Assembly: GCA_964428845.1 (NCBI GenBank)
Contig: CAYRZH010000002.1
Location: 6,924 to 70,923, forward strand
Reading direction: 5' to 3'
Length of the DNA: 64,000 nucleotides
DNA from: an uncultured Candidatus Saccharibacteria bacterium
GTDB lineage: Bacteria; Patescibacteriota; Minisyncoccia; Phycocordibacterales; DATGWK01
The position numbers and the translations under genes were made by a program. Position 1 is the first letter of the stretch. The number at the start of each line of letters is the position of its first letter. The notes below the pieces were generated by a model, which worked only from the letters and a program-made list of their open reading frames with translations, made no database searches and was not told the DNA's origin. This document shows, in pieces, positions 1 to 8,310 of this stretch.

Positions 1-120
1 TTTTGCGAGCGTCGTATACCAGCTGGCAACAGATGGTGTGGTAAACACTGAGCCGATAATGCCGGCAAACTCGGAAATTGCGATGGCAACGATGAGTTTG
101 AGGGTGTGATTGGTTTTCAT
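1..120 (-). CDS. TspO/MBR (tryptophan-rich sensory protein) family protein, N-terminal 40 aa only; gene runs off the window start
   Basis: Reverse complement of 1-120 translates without stops as MKTNHTLKLIVAIAISEFAGIIGSVFTTPSVASWYTTLAK; the WY..L.KP N-terminus is typical of TspO. Its ATG (120-118) overlaps the mscL stop in an ATGA arrangement. Confidence 0.5.
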   Translation of the reverse strand, partial: MKTNHTLKLIVAIAISEFAGIIGSVFTTPSVASWYTTLAK

Positions 121-530
121 GAGTTATTTTTCAATATAACTTGAGTACAGTGAGAACAACGTCTGGCGTCAATTGGGATCTCGCTTAGACATTCCTTACA
201 TTTTTTCGTTGTCGGATCTGTCGGAGCCTCCTTTCGTGATCTTGAAATAAGGTAATTCATCGGTTTAATGACGAAGAAAAAGATTGCGGTCGCAACCAAG
301 ACGAATGAAATGAGGACATTAGCAAAGTGACCATACATAAACTGACTACCGTTTAGCGTAAATGAAAGTCCCCCGAAGTCTGGTACTTTTGCTATTGCGC
401 CGATAAACGGCGTGAGAATGTCTGTTACCAATGCGTTAACTACTGTTCCAAAAGAGGCGCCGATGATAACGCCCACCGCCAGATCGACAACATTGCCCCT
501 TAGTAGAAATTGCTTAAATTCTTTTAACAT
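117..530 (-). CDS. mscL: large-conductance mechanosensitive channel MscL with C-terminal CxxC..CxxC zinc-ribbon tail
   Basis: N-terminus MLKEFKQFLLRGNVVDLAVGVIIGASFG is near-identical to the canonical MscL N-terminus; two TM helices; C-terminus CKECLSEIPIDARRCSHC. Confidence 0.85.
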   Translation of the reverse strand: MLKEFKQFLLRGNVVDLAVGVIIGASFGTVVNALVTDILTPFIGAIAKVPDFGGLSFTLNGSQFMYGHFANVLISFVLVATAIFFFVIKPMNYLISRSRKEAPTDPTTKKCKECLSEIPIDARRCSHCTQVILKNNS

Positions 531-675
531 ATAAATAAATAATTAGATTAAAACTGTGATTAATTATAGCAAAAATTTAGGATTATATTGAGATATTTAA
601 AATCACTACTTTCAAATCGACTCGGTATCTAATACACTTGGAGTATATTAACGATAAGAAGAAGGCAAAATTTTT

Positions 676-1167
676 ATGAACAAAAACACACGGGTTATTA
701 TCACGATCGTCGCACTGGTAGTTATCATCGCCGGAACATATGCGTTAGTAAGTAATAGGGAAGGTGTGGTGAAGTCTCCCGATCAGAAGATGATAGAAGA
801 TGGTATTGTGAATGAAGGTCAAAATACAACAGATAAAGGCAATGCTCTTACGGAAATGGGTTCATATGAGGTCTATGCGCCAGAAAAGGTCATGCTTGCC
901 TCGGCCACTCATAATGTTGTTCTCTTTTTCCGGGCAAGCTGGTGCCCAACCTGTCGAGCTCTAGATGCAGATATCAGGGCTAGTCTCACAAAGATTCCAA
1001 GGAACCTCACTATCCTTGATGTGAACTATGACGACTCAACAACGCTCAAGAGAAAGTATGGGGTTACTTACCAGCATACGTTTGTGCAGGTAGACAAAGA
1101 TGGCAACCTTATCAAAAAATGGAGTGGTAGCCTGACACTCGCATCACTTGTGGCAGAGGTTAAATAA
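676..1167 (+). CDS. membrane-anchored thioredoxin-like protein (WCPTC active site)
   Basis: N-terminal TM helix followed by FFRASWCPTCRALD thioredoxin-fold CxxC motif. Confidence 0.65.
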   Translation: MNKNTRVIITIVALVVIIAGTYALVSNREGVVKSPDQKMIEDGIVNEGQNTTDKGNALTEMGSYEVYAPEKVMLASATHNVVLFFRASWCPTCRALDADIRASLTKIPRNLTILDVNYDDSTTLKRKYGVTYQHTFVQVDKDGNLIKKWSGSLTLASLVAEVK

Positions 1168-1170
1168 AAT

Positions 1171-2967
1171 ATGTTGCTTCTTCTGATTTCGTTTATTGCT
1201 GGGGTGTTGACTGTGCTAGCACCCTGCATTCTGCCACTCCTGCCAGTGATCATTGGCGGCTCACTTTCTGATGGAAGAGCAGGGGGGTTCAATAAAAAAA
1301 AGGTCTTTACAATCATCCTCTCACTTGGAGTGTCGGTTATTGTCTTCACTCTGCTCCTCAAAGCGAGTACGCTATTTATAAACATTCCTGAATATGTGTG
1401 GAAATGGATTTCTGGAGGGATAATAATATTTCTAGGTCTTGTCACCCTTTTCCCGTCACTTTGGGAGGGGAGATTGCTTGCAAAGCTGAGTGCACAGTCG
1501 AATAAGCTTATTGGTAAAGGTTTCCAAAAGAAAAGTCTTTGGGGCGACGTCATTATTGGTGCGGCACTTGGCCCTGTCTTTTCAACGTGCAGTCCGACAT
1601 ATTTTATTGTTCTTGCCACTGTGTTGCCGGTGAATTTTTTTCTGGGACTTGTAGACCTTTTGGCCTATACCATAGGTCTCTGTCTCTCACTTCTCATCAT
1701 AGCTCTTGTTGGTCAAAGGATCATGGACAGACTTGATGTTGCGGCTGATCCGAATGGGTGGTTCAAGAAAGCGCTTGGCGTTCTGTTTCTTGTCGTCGGC
1801 ATAGCTATTATTAGTGGTTTTGATAAGAGAACCCAACTTTTCCTTCTTGATTCGGGTTTTTTCGATGTGACGAAAATAGAGCAGAAATTATTAGAGAAAA
1901 ATAATGAGCCGGTAGATACTGTGCTCACCCCACCAGATACCCGCACGGTAGATACTTCAACAAGCACCCCAATAAATACTTCAACAGATACTTCGACAAA
2001 AAAAGATTTGACCATGGACCCAATCAAGGAACAGAAACAATCAAAATACAAAAAGGTTCCCGAGCTGAGTTCCATTGCTGGTTATCTGAATACTGATGGG
2101 AAGCCAATAACGCTAGCTGATCTTCGGGGGAAGGTAGTTCTCCTTGATATCTGGACGTACAGTTGCATAAATTGTCAGAGAACATTGCCGTATATAAATG
2201 AATGGTACGCTAAGTATAAAGATCAGGGATTTGTTGTGGTGGGGGTCCACACTCCAGAATTTGCCTTTGAAAAAATACAACTAAATGTCGAAAAAGCAAT
2301 CAATAGATTTGGCATAAAATATCCGGTGGTTCTCGATAACAACTACTCGACATGGAATGCTCTCGGTAACTTATATTGGCCACGTAAATATCTTGTCGAT
2401 ATTGATGGGTACATTGTCTACGACCATATTGGTGAAGGGGCATATGAGGAAACAGAGAGAGCTATCCAAAACGCTCTCAAAGAACGTGCTACCCGTATGG
2501 GCATAGAAAATGAGATAACTACGACTACAAGCAGGCCGGCAGGTGTTGTGTCGGTAGATTCAAGTAGGGTAAAAAGTCCCGAAACATATTTTGGGTCAGA
2601 CCGAAATGAATATCTGGCAAACGGTACCGCGGGCCGCCCAGGTGAACAGATTTTTTTGATTCCTACAACAACGTATTTTAACAAGTTGTATCTGGGTGGT
2701 ACCTGGAATATAACTTCTGAATATGCTGAAAATAAAAGTGTGGGAAGTATCGTTTTCGGTTATGAGGCAAAAAATGTTTACATCACTGCGGGATCGGCAG
2801 AAGGTACTGAAGTAGAAATTTATAAGGATAATGTGTTTGTAAAAAAAATAACCATCAAAGACGAAACCCTCTATCCGCTCATAGAAGATGTAGACTATGG
2901 GAAACATGTACTCAAGATTGTGATCCCAAAGTCTGGATTACAGGCATTTACCTTTACATTCGGGTAA
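1171..2967 (+). CDS. CcdA/DsbD-family thiol:disulfide transporter TM domain fused to a TlpA/ResA-like thioredoxin domain plus a C-terminal beta-rich domain
   Basis: N-terminal polytopic region with APCILPLLP (CcdA signature Cys). A Thr/Ser/Pro-rich linker follows, then DIWTYSCINCQRTLPYINEW (redoxin CxxC), then an extra ~130-aa C-terminal domain. Confidence 0.7.
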   Translation: MLLLLISFIAGVLTVLAPCILPLLPVIIGGSLSDGRAGGFNKKKVFTIILSLGVSVIVFTLLLKASTLFINIPEYVWKWISGGIIIFLGLVTLFPSLWEGRLLAKLSAQSNKLIGKGFQKKSLWGDVIIGAALGPVFSTCSPTYFIVLATVLPVNFFLGLVDLLAYTIGLCLSLLIIALVGQRIMDRLDVAADPNGWFKKALGVLFLVVGIAIISGFDKRTQLFLLDSGFFDVTKIEQKLLEKNNEPVDTVLTPPDTRTVDTSTSTPINTSTDTSTKKDLTMDPIKEQKQSKYKKVPELSSIAGYLNTDGKPITLADLRGKVVLLDIWTYSCINCQRTLPYINEWYAKYKDQGFVVVGVHTPEFAFEKIQLNVEKAINRFGIKYPVVLDNNYSTWNALGNLYWPRKYLVDIDGYIVYDHIGEGAYEETERAIQNALKERATRMGIENEITTTTSRPAGVVSVDSSRVKSPETYFGSDRNEYLANGTAGRPGEQIFLIPTTTYFNKLYLGGTWNITSEYAENKSVGSIVFGYEAKNVYITAGSAEGTEVEIYKDNVFVKKITIKDETLYPLIEDVDYGKHVLKIVIPKSGLQAFTFTFG

Positions 2968-2983
2968 AAAATAAATAATTGAT

Positions 2984-3021
2984 AAAAAAACGGCCAGAAT
3001 CCTCCTTAGAGAATCCTGGCC
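2984..3021 (-). terminator. intrinsic terminator (serves the minus-strand gene 3041-4051)
   Basis: GGCCAG..CTGGCC hairpin followed by a T-run on the minus strand. Confidence 0.5.
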
Positions 3022-3040
3022 GCACTGCTTCGATGATGAA

Positions 3041-4051
3041 CTACATGACTGATACGTTCTCGTCCGGATGGAATGCCTTCCGCAGTTCAGGCCTCTGATT
3101 CCACATCCGCACCGCCGTTCTCACAAGGTCGCGAATCTGGGGAAGCGTTCCCTGCAGACCGAGGACGTACATATGATGTGAGTCTGGCCGAAGCTGGAAC
3201 GTCACGTAGCTGACGGCGTCTTGGAGCATAACGCGGTCGTAGCCGCACATTTCAGCCGCCAGCACCTTCACCGACCCGAACTGGCCGGACGCTCCGCGAA
3301 ACTTTGCGCCGTCCAGGACTGCCTTCATTCCATTGAAGTAGACTTCATCCTGGAAGGTGATGCACAGCTCGTAGAGCATTCCGCCGATAGTGACGATGTC
3401 GTGATCCTTGTCAATCGCGCCGCGCGTCATGATCGAGGTGTCGAGCCAGAGGTTCTCATAGACATTGGCGCCTGTCTGGAGCTCCTCGAATCCCTGATCT
3501 GGTTCGCCGTAGATCGTAACGTGGACTGCACGATCACGGAATTCGCCGAATCTGGAATCAGGCGCGTCGTCGTTCTTCGTATCTGTGTACCACGCTTCGA
3601 CGGTGACCCAGACGATGTACTTCGTTTCCTTCCACACCGGATCGGAGTGCAGATAACCCGTGCCGTGCGCATTGAGGCGTTTGGACCTCCAGAGCACCCA
3701 CCAGGCATAAATCTCATCGAGACTTCGTTTGCGTTCCGCAGAGTTGCGCGGAAAGTTGAGCTGGTTGAGGATCTCGCCATCGGCGTCGATAGCGAATGCG
3801 TACTCGCCTCGGCGCATGACCTGATCCTTACGGTTGCCTTTGAGATGGAAGATACACGAGGAATCGCCGAGACCAACGTTGTCCGCTCTGCGATACATGA
3901 GATCTCCGTCCGCTTTTTCCACTCTGATGGTCAGATCATCAACCTTGACCCCGCGCTCGCCGTCGAAAGGTTCCATGCGGGACGCGATTATTCTTTCCAC
4001 GAAGGGATATTGCTTAAGCAACTCGCGGTTCTTCGAGGCCGTCGGCTTCAT
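3041..4051 (-). CDS. hypothetical protein (336 aa), GC-rich accessory gene
   Basis: ATG at 4051 preceded by an AGGAGGG RBS; about 58% GC against a ~40% background; no family recognised. Confidence 0.6.
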   Translation of the reverse strand: MKPTASKNRELLKQYPFVERIIASRMEPFDGERGVKVDDLTIRVEKADGDLMYRRADNVGLGDSSCIFHLKGNRKDQVMRRGEYAFAIDADGEILNQLNFPRNSAERKRSLDEIYAWWVLWRSKRLNAHGTGYLHSDPVWKETKYIVWVTVEAWYTDTKNDDAPDSRFGEFRDRAVHVTIYGEPDQGFEELQTGANVYENLWLDTSIMTRGAIDKDHDIVTIGGMLYELCITFQDEVYFNGMKAVLDGAKFRGASGQFGSVKVLAAEMCGYDRVMLQDAVSYVTFQLRPDSHHMYVLGLQGTLPQIRDLVRTAVRMWNQRPELRKAFHPDENVSVM

Positions 4052-4124
4052 TTCGTGCCCTCCTACGTTCCGTAGTTTTCAAATTGTTGGCGTTCCGCCA
4101 ACAGTCGGCCTACATCGGACGACA

Positions 4125-4157
4125 ATATAAAATATAATGATTTCTTCAATCCGTCAA
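4125..4157 (-). promoter_or_regulatory. sigma70-like promoter for gene 3041-4051
   Basis: Minus-sense TTGACG - ~17 nt - TATTTT, about 70 nt upstream of the ATG. Confidence 0.4.
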
Positions 4158-4196
4158 TTCTTTTTGAAGGTTCTTAACCGTACGAAAAAATGGAGA

Positions 4197-4245
4197 GGGA
4201 ATTGGGTTATTTGAAGTTTATTTAGTATAAAAGAAAACCGCCCCC
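4197..4245 (-). repeat. conserved ~50-bp inter-cassette repeat unit, copy A
   Basis: GGGAATTGGGTTATTTGAAGTTTATTTAGTATAAAAGAAAACCGCCCC is about 85% identical to copy B at 4827-4876; its 3' end forms one arm of a terminator hairpin. Confidence 0.6.
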
Positions 4246-4268
4246 AACGGCTTTCCGTTGGGGGCGGG
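4231..4268 (-). terminator. intrinsic terminator for gene 4276-4665
   Basis: CCGCCCCCAACGG ctttc CCGTTGGGGGCGG hairpin followed by TTTTCTTTT on the minus strand. Confidence 0.7.
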
Positions 4269-4275
4269 ACTGATT

Positions 4276-4665
4276 TCAGCTTGCGAGCTGGACCTCGGAC
4301 GCACTGATGATCGGCGCCCAGGCTTCTTCAAGGGTTGGGAAGGCCTTGAGCGCCACTTCCACAAACCCATGAAGATTTCGATACGCGAACTCGACATCGT
4401 TGCTGTAGAGAGGAACCTGCCTCTCGCTCGAATAGACGAGGGTTGCGAACCCTGTCAGCTTCCAGCATTCGACGGCTCTCGAATGCTTCATTACCCTGAA
4501 GGTCCATCTGCACGACTCAGATTCGACCGTGGCTTCGATTCCATCCTTAGAAGAAAAGGGGACCATGCCGAAGGTCATTCTGATGACCTGATCGATCTCC
4601 GACCGCATCCTGTCGATGTTCCGTGAGCCCCGAATCAGACGAGCCGCGGTCTCCGTGCTGTTCAT
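4276..4665 (-). CDS. hypothetical protein (129 aa), GC-rich
   Basis: ATG at 4665 preceded by AAAAGGAG; no family recognised. Confidence 0.55.
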   Translation of the reverse strand: MNSTETAARLIRGSRNIDRMRSEIDQVIRMTFGMVPFSSKDGIEATVESESCRWTFRVMKHSRAVECWKLTGFATLVYSSERQVPLYSNDVEFAYRNLHGFVEVALKAFPTLEEAWAPIISASEVQLAS

Positions 4666-4736
4666 TGCAAACTCCTTTTCTCAAAGGGCCCTCTCGGGCG
4701 GGTGATGAGCATCTCTGCTCGGGAACTAACTTTCCA

Positions 4737-4765
4737 TATATTACACTAAATAACAAAAAAAGTCA
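4737..4765 (-). promoter_or_regulatory. sigma70-like promoter for gene 4276-4665
   Basis: Minus-sense TTGACT - 17 nt - TAATAT. Confidence 0.5.
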
Positions 4766-4826
4766 AGTAATCGTAATGGTTCAATACCTTGGAAAATTTT
4801 AGAACTCTAGATGGGGGAAACGGCTA

Positions 4827-4876
4827 GGGGATTAAGTTATTTGAAATTTAGTTTTGTATAAAAGAAAGACCGCCCC
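4827..4876 (-). repeat. conserved ~50-bp inter-cassette repeat unit, copy B
   Basis: GGGGATTAAGTTATTTGAAATTTAGTTTTGTATAAAAGAAAGACCGCCCC. Confidence 0.6.
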
Positions 4877-4894
4877 GTGCACCAGGGCGGTCTT
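4868..4894 (-). terminator. intrinsic terminator for gene 4908-5315
   Basis: GACCGCCC cgtgcacca GGGCGGTC hairpin followed by a T-run on the minus strand. Confidence 0.7.
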
Positions 4895-4907
4895 GGTTCT
4901 TGTGGAG

Positions 4908-5315
4908 TTAGCTTTTGAGAGAAAGCCACTCCTTCTCCCCGAGTTGTCGTACACGCCCTTCGATGAGCGTCGCAATCATGCTGATCTCTTCCGCGGTTAC
5001 CCACGGTAGACCATCACTTTTGCGTCGACAAACCTGGGATATGTAGAAGCATCGTCGCACGAGCTCCTCCACAAGATCCAGGCGGTCTGATTGTTCGCAA
5101 GAGCCACGCGCCGTGACACTTGCCGCACTTGCGAGGAATCTCTCGACGTAGCCGAGATATTCATCGGGTGCCACGAGGCAGTGGAGAGGGTCAACCTCAT
5201 TCCATGCCTCGTAAACGATCGGACCGATTGGCCCCCATTTCTCCAGAAGTGCAGCCGAGATTCGACTCTCGTACGCACAGCTGAAAGAGGGAAGACCGGG
5301 GTTGTGGCTCGTCAT
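4908..5315 (-). CDS. hypothetical protein (135 aa), GC-rich
   Basis: The internal ATG at 5315 (MTSHNPGL...) is preceded by an AAAGGA RBS; the longer ORF-track start lacks an RBS. Confidence 0.5.
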   Translation of the reverse strand: MTSHNPGLPSFSCAYESRISAALLEKWGPIGPIVYEAWNEVDPLHCLVAPDEYLGYVERFLASAASVTARGSCEQSDRLDLVEELVRRCFYISQVCRRKSDGLPWVTAEEISMIATLIEGRVRQLGEKEWLSLKS

Positions 5316-5510
5316 GGTTTTTCCTTTGTGGTTCGGGGTTTCCGACACAATTAAGAAAAAACCTAACCTAACACTGCATGGCCCCACTTGGGTTCGCCAT
5401 GATGTGCCACAACCTTTCTGGTGTTTACCCTAACATATCGATAGTTTTTTGTCAAATAGTGCTCTGACTCGTGGGCAAGTTCAGAATTCTTAATTGGGTA
5501 AATATAGAAA

Positions 5511-5555
5511 GGGAATTGAGCCGATTAGGTTTTACATAAAACACAAAACCCGCCC
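5511..5555 (-). repeat. diverged third copy of the inter-cassette repeat unit, copy C
   Basis: GGGAATTGAGCCGATTAGGTTTTACATAAAACACAAAACCCGCCC shares both ends and the TTT..ATAAAA core with copies A and B. Confidence 0.4.
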
Positions 5556-5590
5556 TTCCAACGAGTCTTGTGACTAATTGAGAGTGCGGG

Positions 5591-5836
5591 TCATTCTTGC
5601 GCCATTTTCAGAAGCACCCCTTTCGCCCCGTTGAGCACCCGTATCTGGGTTTCGACACACGGTTCTAACGATTGAGGGACTCCCCCTGACAAAAGTCGCT
5701 GCAGGGTATTGACGTTCTGGCAGAAAATACAAAGGCCTTGAAGGAACATGGCAACAGTCTCAGCCGTTGGCATTTCACCCCTCAGGATCTTCCTTTGTAA
5801 CCCAGCGGCGATAACCAGCATGTCTTCGTCATTCAA
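5591..5836 (-). CDS. hypothetical small protein (~77-81 aa); start uncertain (TTG at 5836 or ATG at 5821)
   Basis: GC-rich ORF co-oriented with the three cassettes; an AGGAGG lies about 30 nt upstream. Confidence 0.35.
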   Translation of the reverse strand: MNDEDMLVIAAGLQRKILRGEMPTAETVAMFLQGLCIFCQNVNTLQRLLSGGVPQSLEPCVETQIRVLNGAKGVLLKMAQE

Positions 5837-6062
5837 ATGTGCAGTTAAAGGTGTGATTTGAACACCTCCTTTCTGTGTGAAATACTATCACAATAAAGAA
5901 TATGTGTCAACTACGCTAATGGCTCCGCACATTTCATCTTTACCGAACTGTATAAAATCTATCCACTAGTTAAATCGAGTATGGAAAGAATGAGAAGGTT
6001 GAGTTTCTTTGATATATCAATGAAATTTTCACAAAGTGCACATGTTCGTTTTTAGCAAAGGA

Positions 6063-6093
6063 AAAGGGTTCGCATATTGCGAACCCTTTAAAA
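6063..6093. terminator. bidirectional intrinsic terminator
   Basis: AAAGGGTTCGCA tat TGCGAACCCTTT perfect hairpin flanked by A/T runs. Confidence 0.6.
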
Positions 6094-6675
6094 CTAACGA
6101 ACCCTACCGGTTGCTCTCCATTTTTTCCAGATTGGTAACCATTTTCCCCGAAACAATCCAAGGTGAATTACATCGTGGTACCTTCCATTCTTGAAGAAAT
6201 GCTTTTTCTTCCTGCCCTCGATCTCGTAGCCGCAGTGTAAGCTATAGGCAAGACTGCGCATATTATAGGCGAGTGCCTCTGAGCATATCCTGCGAAGATT
6301 AAGAACATTGAAGGCATAGTCGAGGAGAGTCATCTTGGCGTCTGTGCCAAATCCCTTGCCCCAATATTTCTTCTCTCCGATAAGTGTTCCAGTCGTGGCT
6401 ACTCTGTGTACCCACTCAATCTGATGGATGCCGATGACCCCAATGGGAATACCTTGTTTGGTCTCAATACAAAGAACGATATTCTTGTCATCAGAATCGA
6501 GCTTGTTTAGCCATTCTTCCTCCTGCTTCTCTGTATGAGGAAATGCGATAGAAACAAATTCTCTTATTTCCGGATCATTAATCCAACGTGTGATAATTGG
6601 TACATCAGCCCTAGTGAGTGGACGAAGATTTACTTTTCTACCAGAAAGGAAAACAACTCTCTGCTTGTTTGTCAT
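6094..6675 (-). CDS. GNAT-family N-acetyltransferase (RimJ/RimL-like)
   Basis: Acetyltransferase fold motifs (IGVIGIH..VATTGTLIGEKKYWGKGFGTDA); ATG at 6675 with a GGAGAAAAAA RBS. Confidence 0.7.
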   Translation of the reverse strand: MTNKQRVVFLSGRKVNLRPLTRADVPIITRWINDPEIREFVSIAFPHTEKQEEEWLNKLDSDDKNIVLCIETKQGIPIGVIGIHQIEWVHRVATTGTLIGEKKYWGKGFGTDAKMTLLDYAFNVLNLRRICSEALAYNMRSLAYSLHCGYEIEGRKKKHFFKNGRYHDVIHLGLFRGKWLPIWKKWRATGRVR

Positions 6676-6919
6676 TTTTTCTCCGATCGTTAAAGAACAA
6701 AAATGCCTCAGCGACATGCCGAGACAATTTATACAACCCAACTTTTAGTTCCTTTTAATTAGATAGAGATGCATAGATTGTCCCAGCAAAAATGCCCTTG
6801 CCGTCGGCAAAGGTATTAAGCACAATATTCATTTGGGAACATCTATGATTATTCATAGCCAAATAAAGATAGCAGGAAAATATTGTGGTGTCAAACTGGG
6901 CCCCGCGTTGTTGAGGATG

Positions 6920-7264
6920 TTAGAACCCATTTAGCCAGTATCTTTTGATTATCGGCAAAGATAGAGTAGAGAGAATGTAACCTAAAACTGGGACAAAGGC
7001 TTTTAGCCAAAAGTTGTTTTCATGAATCATTACGAGCCAAATAGCGGCGACAATGTATGTGATTATCGAAATCGTGAATCTTCGAACCCAACTTACTTCC
7101 CAAGCCTTGTCATTTTCTACACGATTGTTACGCTCTCTAATTGTCTTAAGCTCAGTTTCTATTTCTTGTGTATTCATGAAAGTAATAATAGCAAACATAA
7201 AAAGAAAACCACCGGATGAGTACCCGGCGGTCTTTTGAGTGGCGTTTTTAGGTAACCACTTCAC
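6920..7264 (-). CDS. hypothetical small membrane protein
   Basis: Three predicted TM segments; no family recognised. Confidence 0.4.
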   Translation of the reverse strand: MKWLPKNATQKTAGYSSGGFLFMFAIITFMNTQEIETELKTIRERNNRVENDKAWEVSWVRRFTISIITYIVAAIWLVMIHENNFWLKAFVPVLGYILSTLSLPIIKRYWLNGF

Positions 7265-7832
7265 TACCTCTTATTTCTTCAGCTCCTTTTCTGTGAAGTG
7301 CGGCGGCGGCGATGAGGCCACAGAGGATCACACAGACACCTGGGTAGAATCGCTCTTCGATCAACCAACCCTTGCCTCCCATTAGTGAGAGGAAGTTGGC
7401 GACGACGTACCCAATGTATATGTACCCGGTCTGCTTGTCGGGCTTCCGCCATGATTCCACGATCTGCGGTACCCCTGCGATGAAAACCGCAAGAGTGCTC
7501 GCAACGATCGCTGTTCTCGATCCGCTCATTTTCCAAACCACCAAACAAATGATGACCAGTGCGAGTATGAGCCACTCGAACCAGGTCCATTTGAATAGTT
7601 TTTTGTAAAGAAGCGAAGCAATCACGAACGACCCGCCAATCACATAGAAGACGAGCAAGAGAAAGTTTCCTCTCTCAATGATCGTGCTCACCATTGCTAT
7701 GGCGTCCAAGAAGACCCAAAGCATCCAAGCTGCGACGCTTTGCTTTACTTCACCTCTCATGATGCCTCGGATAAGCGGGACGTATAGCAGGAAGGCAAGC
7801 AGACCGCCCGCCCAGGCCAAAGTGCTCTCCAT
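7248..7832 (-). CDS. hypothetical polytopic membrane protein (194 aa), GC-enriched
   Basis: About 6 hydrophobic helices; roughly 52% GC. Confidence 0.5.
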   Translation of the reverse strand: MESTLAWAGGLLAFLLYVPLIRGIMRGEVKQSVAAWMLWVFLDAIAMVSTIIERGNFLLLVFYVIGGSFVIASLLYKKLFKWTWFEWLILALVIICLVVWKMSGSRTAIVASTLAVFIAGVPQIVESWRKPDKQTGYIYIGYVVANFLSLMGGKGWLIEERFYPGVCVILCGLIAAAALHRKGAEEIRGSEVVT

Positions 7833-7924
7833 TGGGCGATCTCCTTTATTTGAACTGTTTTGGGAAGGTGCTAAAAAACTCTAGCTATATAGTAGCATTA
7901 TTTTTTAAACGAGTCAAGTTTCAG

Positions 7925-8242
7925 CTCCGCGGGTAGGATTCGAACCTACGACCAATCGCTTACATTTGCTCCAAGCTTTCGCTCGGTATGGACTATATCA
8001 TCATCCTTCACCTGGTGGGTGGTTTGGATGTGGGGCGCTTCGTTCTGCTCTTGCAGAACTACTCTCTTGCGAGATAGTCTCTGAACCTTTCCTTTGATAA
8101 TTAATCTGGGGACTTGGCTGCTGATTGCCCACGGCTTTACGTTTGGGTTTCCAGCAATTCACCTCATTTTTCAGCCCGTATTCCTACGGGAAGCTGCGTA
8201 ATTTCGACACAGGCGATCGCTCTACCACTGAGCTACCGCGGA
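7925..8242 (-). tRNA. tRNA-Asn(GUU) interrupted by a group I intron (exons 8242-8209 and 7962-7925)
   Basis: The 5' exon reads TCCGCGG TA GCTC AGTGGTA GAGC G ATCGC CUGU. The 3' exon reads UAA GCGAT TGGTC GTAGG TTCGAAT CCTAC CCGCGGA G. This gives a perfect 7-bp acceptor stem, a CUGUUAA anticodon loop and G73 discriminator (fits Asn); CCA is not encoded. Confidence 0.75.
7963..8208 (-). ncRNA. group I self-splicing intron (246 nt) in the tRNA-Asn anticodon loop
   Basis: The conserved core elements occur in the right order: P AATTGCTGGAAA (8159-8148), Q AATCAGCAGCC (8126-8116), R GTTCAGAGACTATC (8086-8073) and S GATGATATAGTCC (8002-7990). The 5' splice site follows a U, the intron ends in G, and a GCAG guide sequence can pair with exon CUGU (U.G). 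Confidence 0.75.
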
Positions 8243-8310
8243 ATATTATATTTTCTACAAACTTCAAAGAACGCTGAACATCATAGCAAAAACTCCTCTA
8301 TAATAAAAGC

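Noticed and set aside
3221-4075. 284-aa plus-strand ORF overlapping the 336-aa minus-strand gene; similarly 3427-3876 and 3834-4130
   Set aside because: These are antisense shadow ORFs of the kind expected in about 58% GC DNA. The minus-strand ORF has an ATG with an AGGAGGG RBS, a promoter and a terminator, while the shadow ORFs have none.
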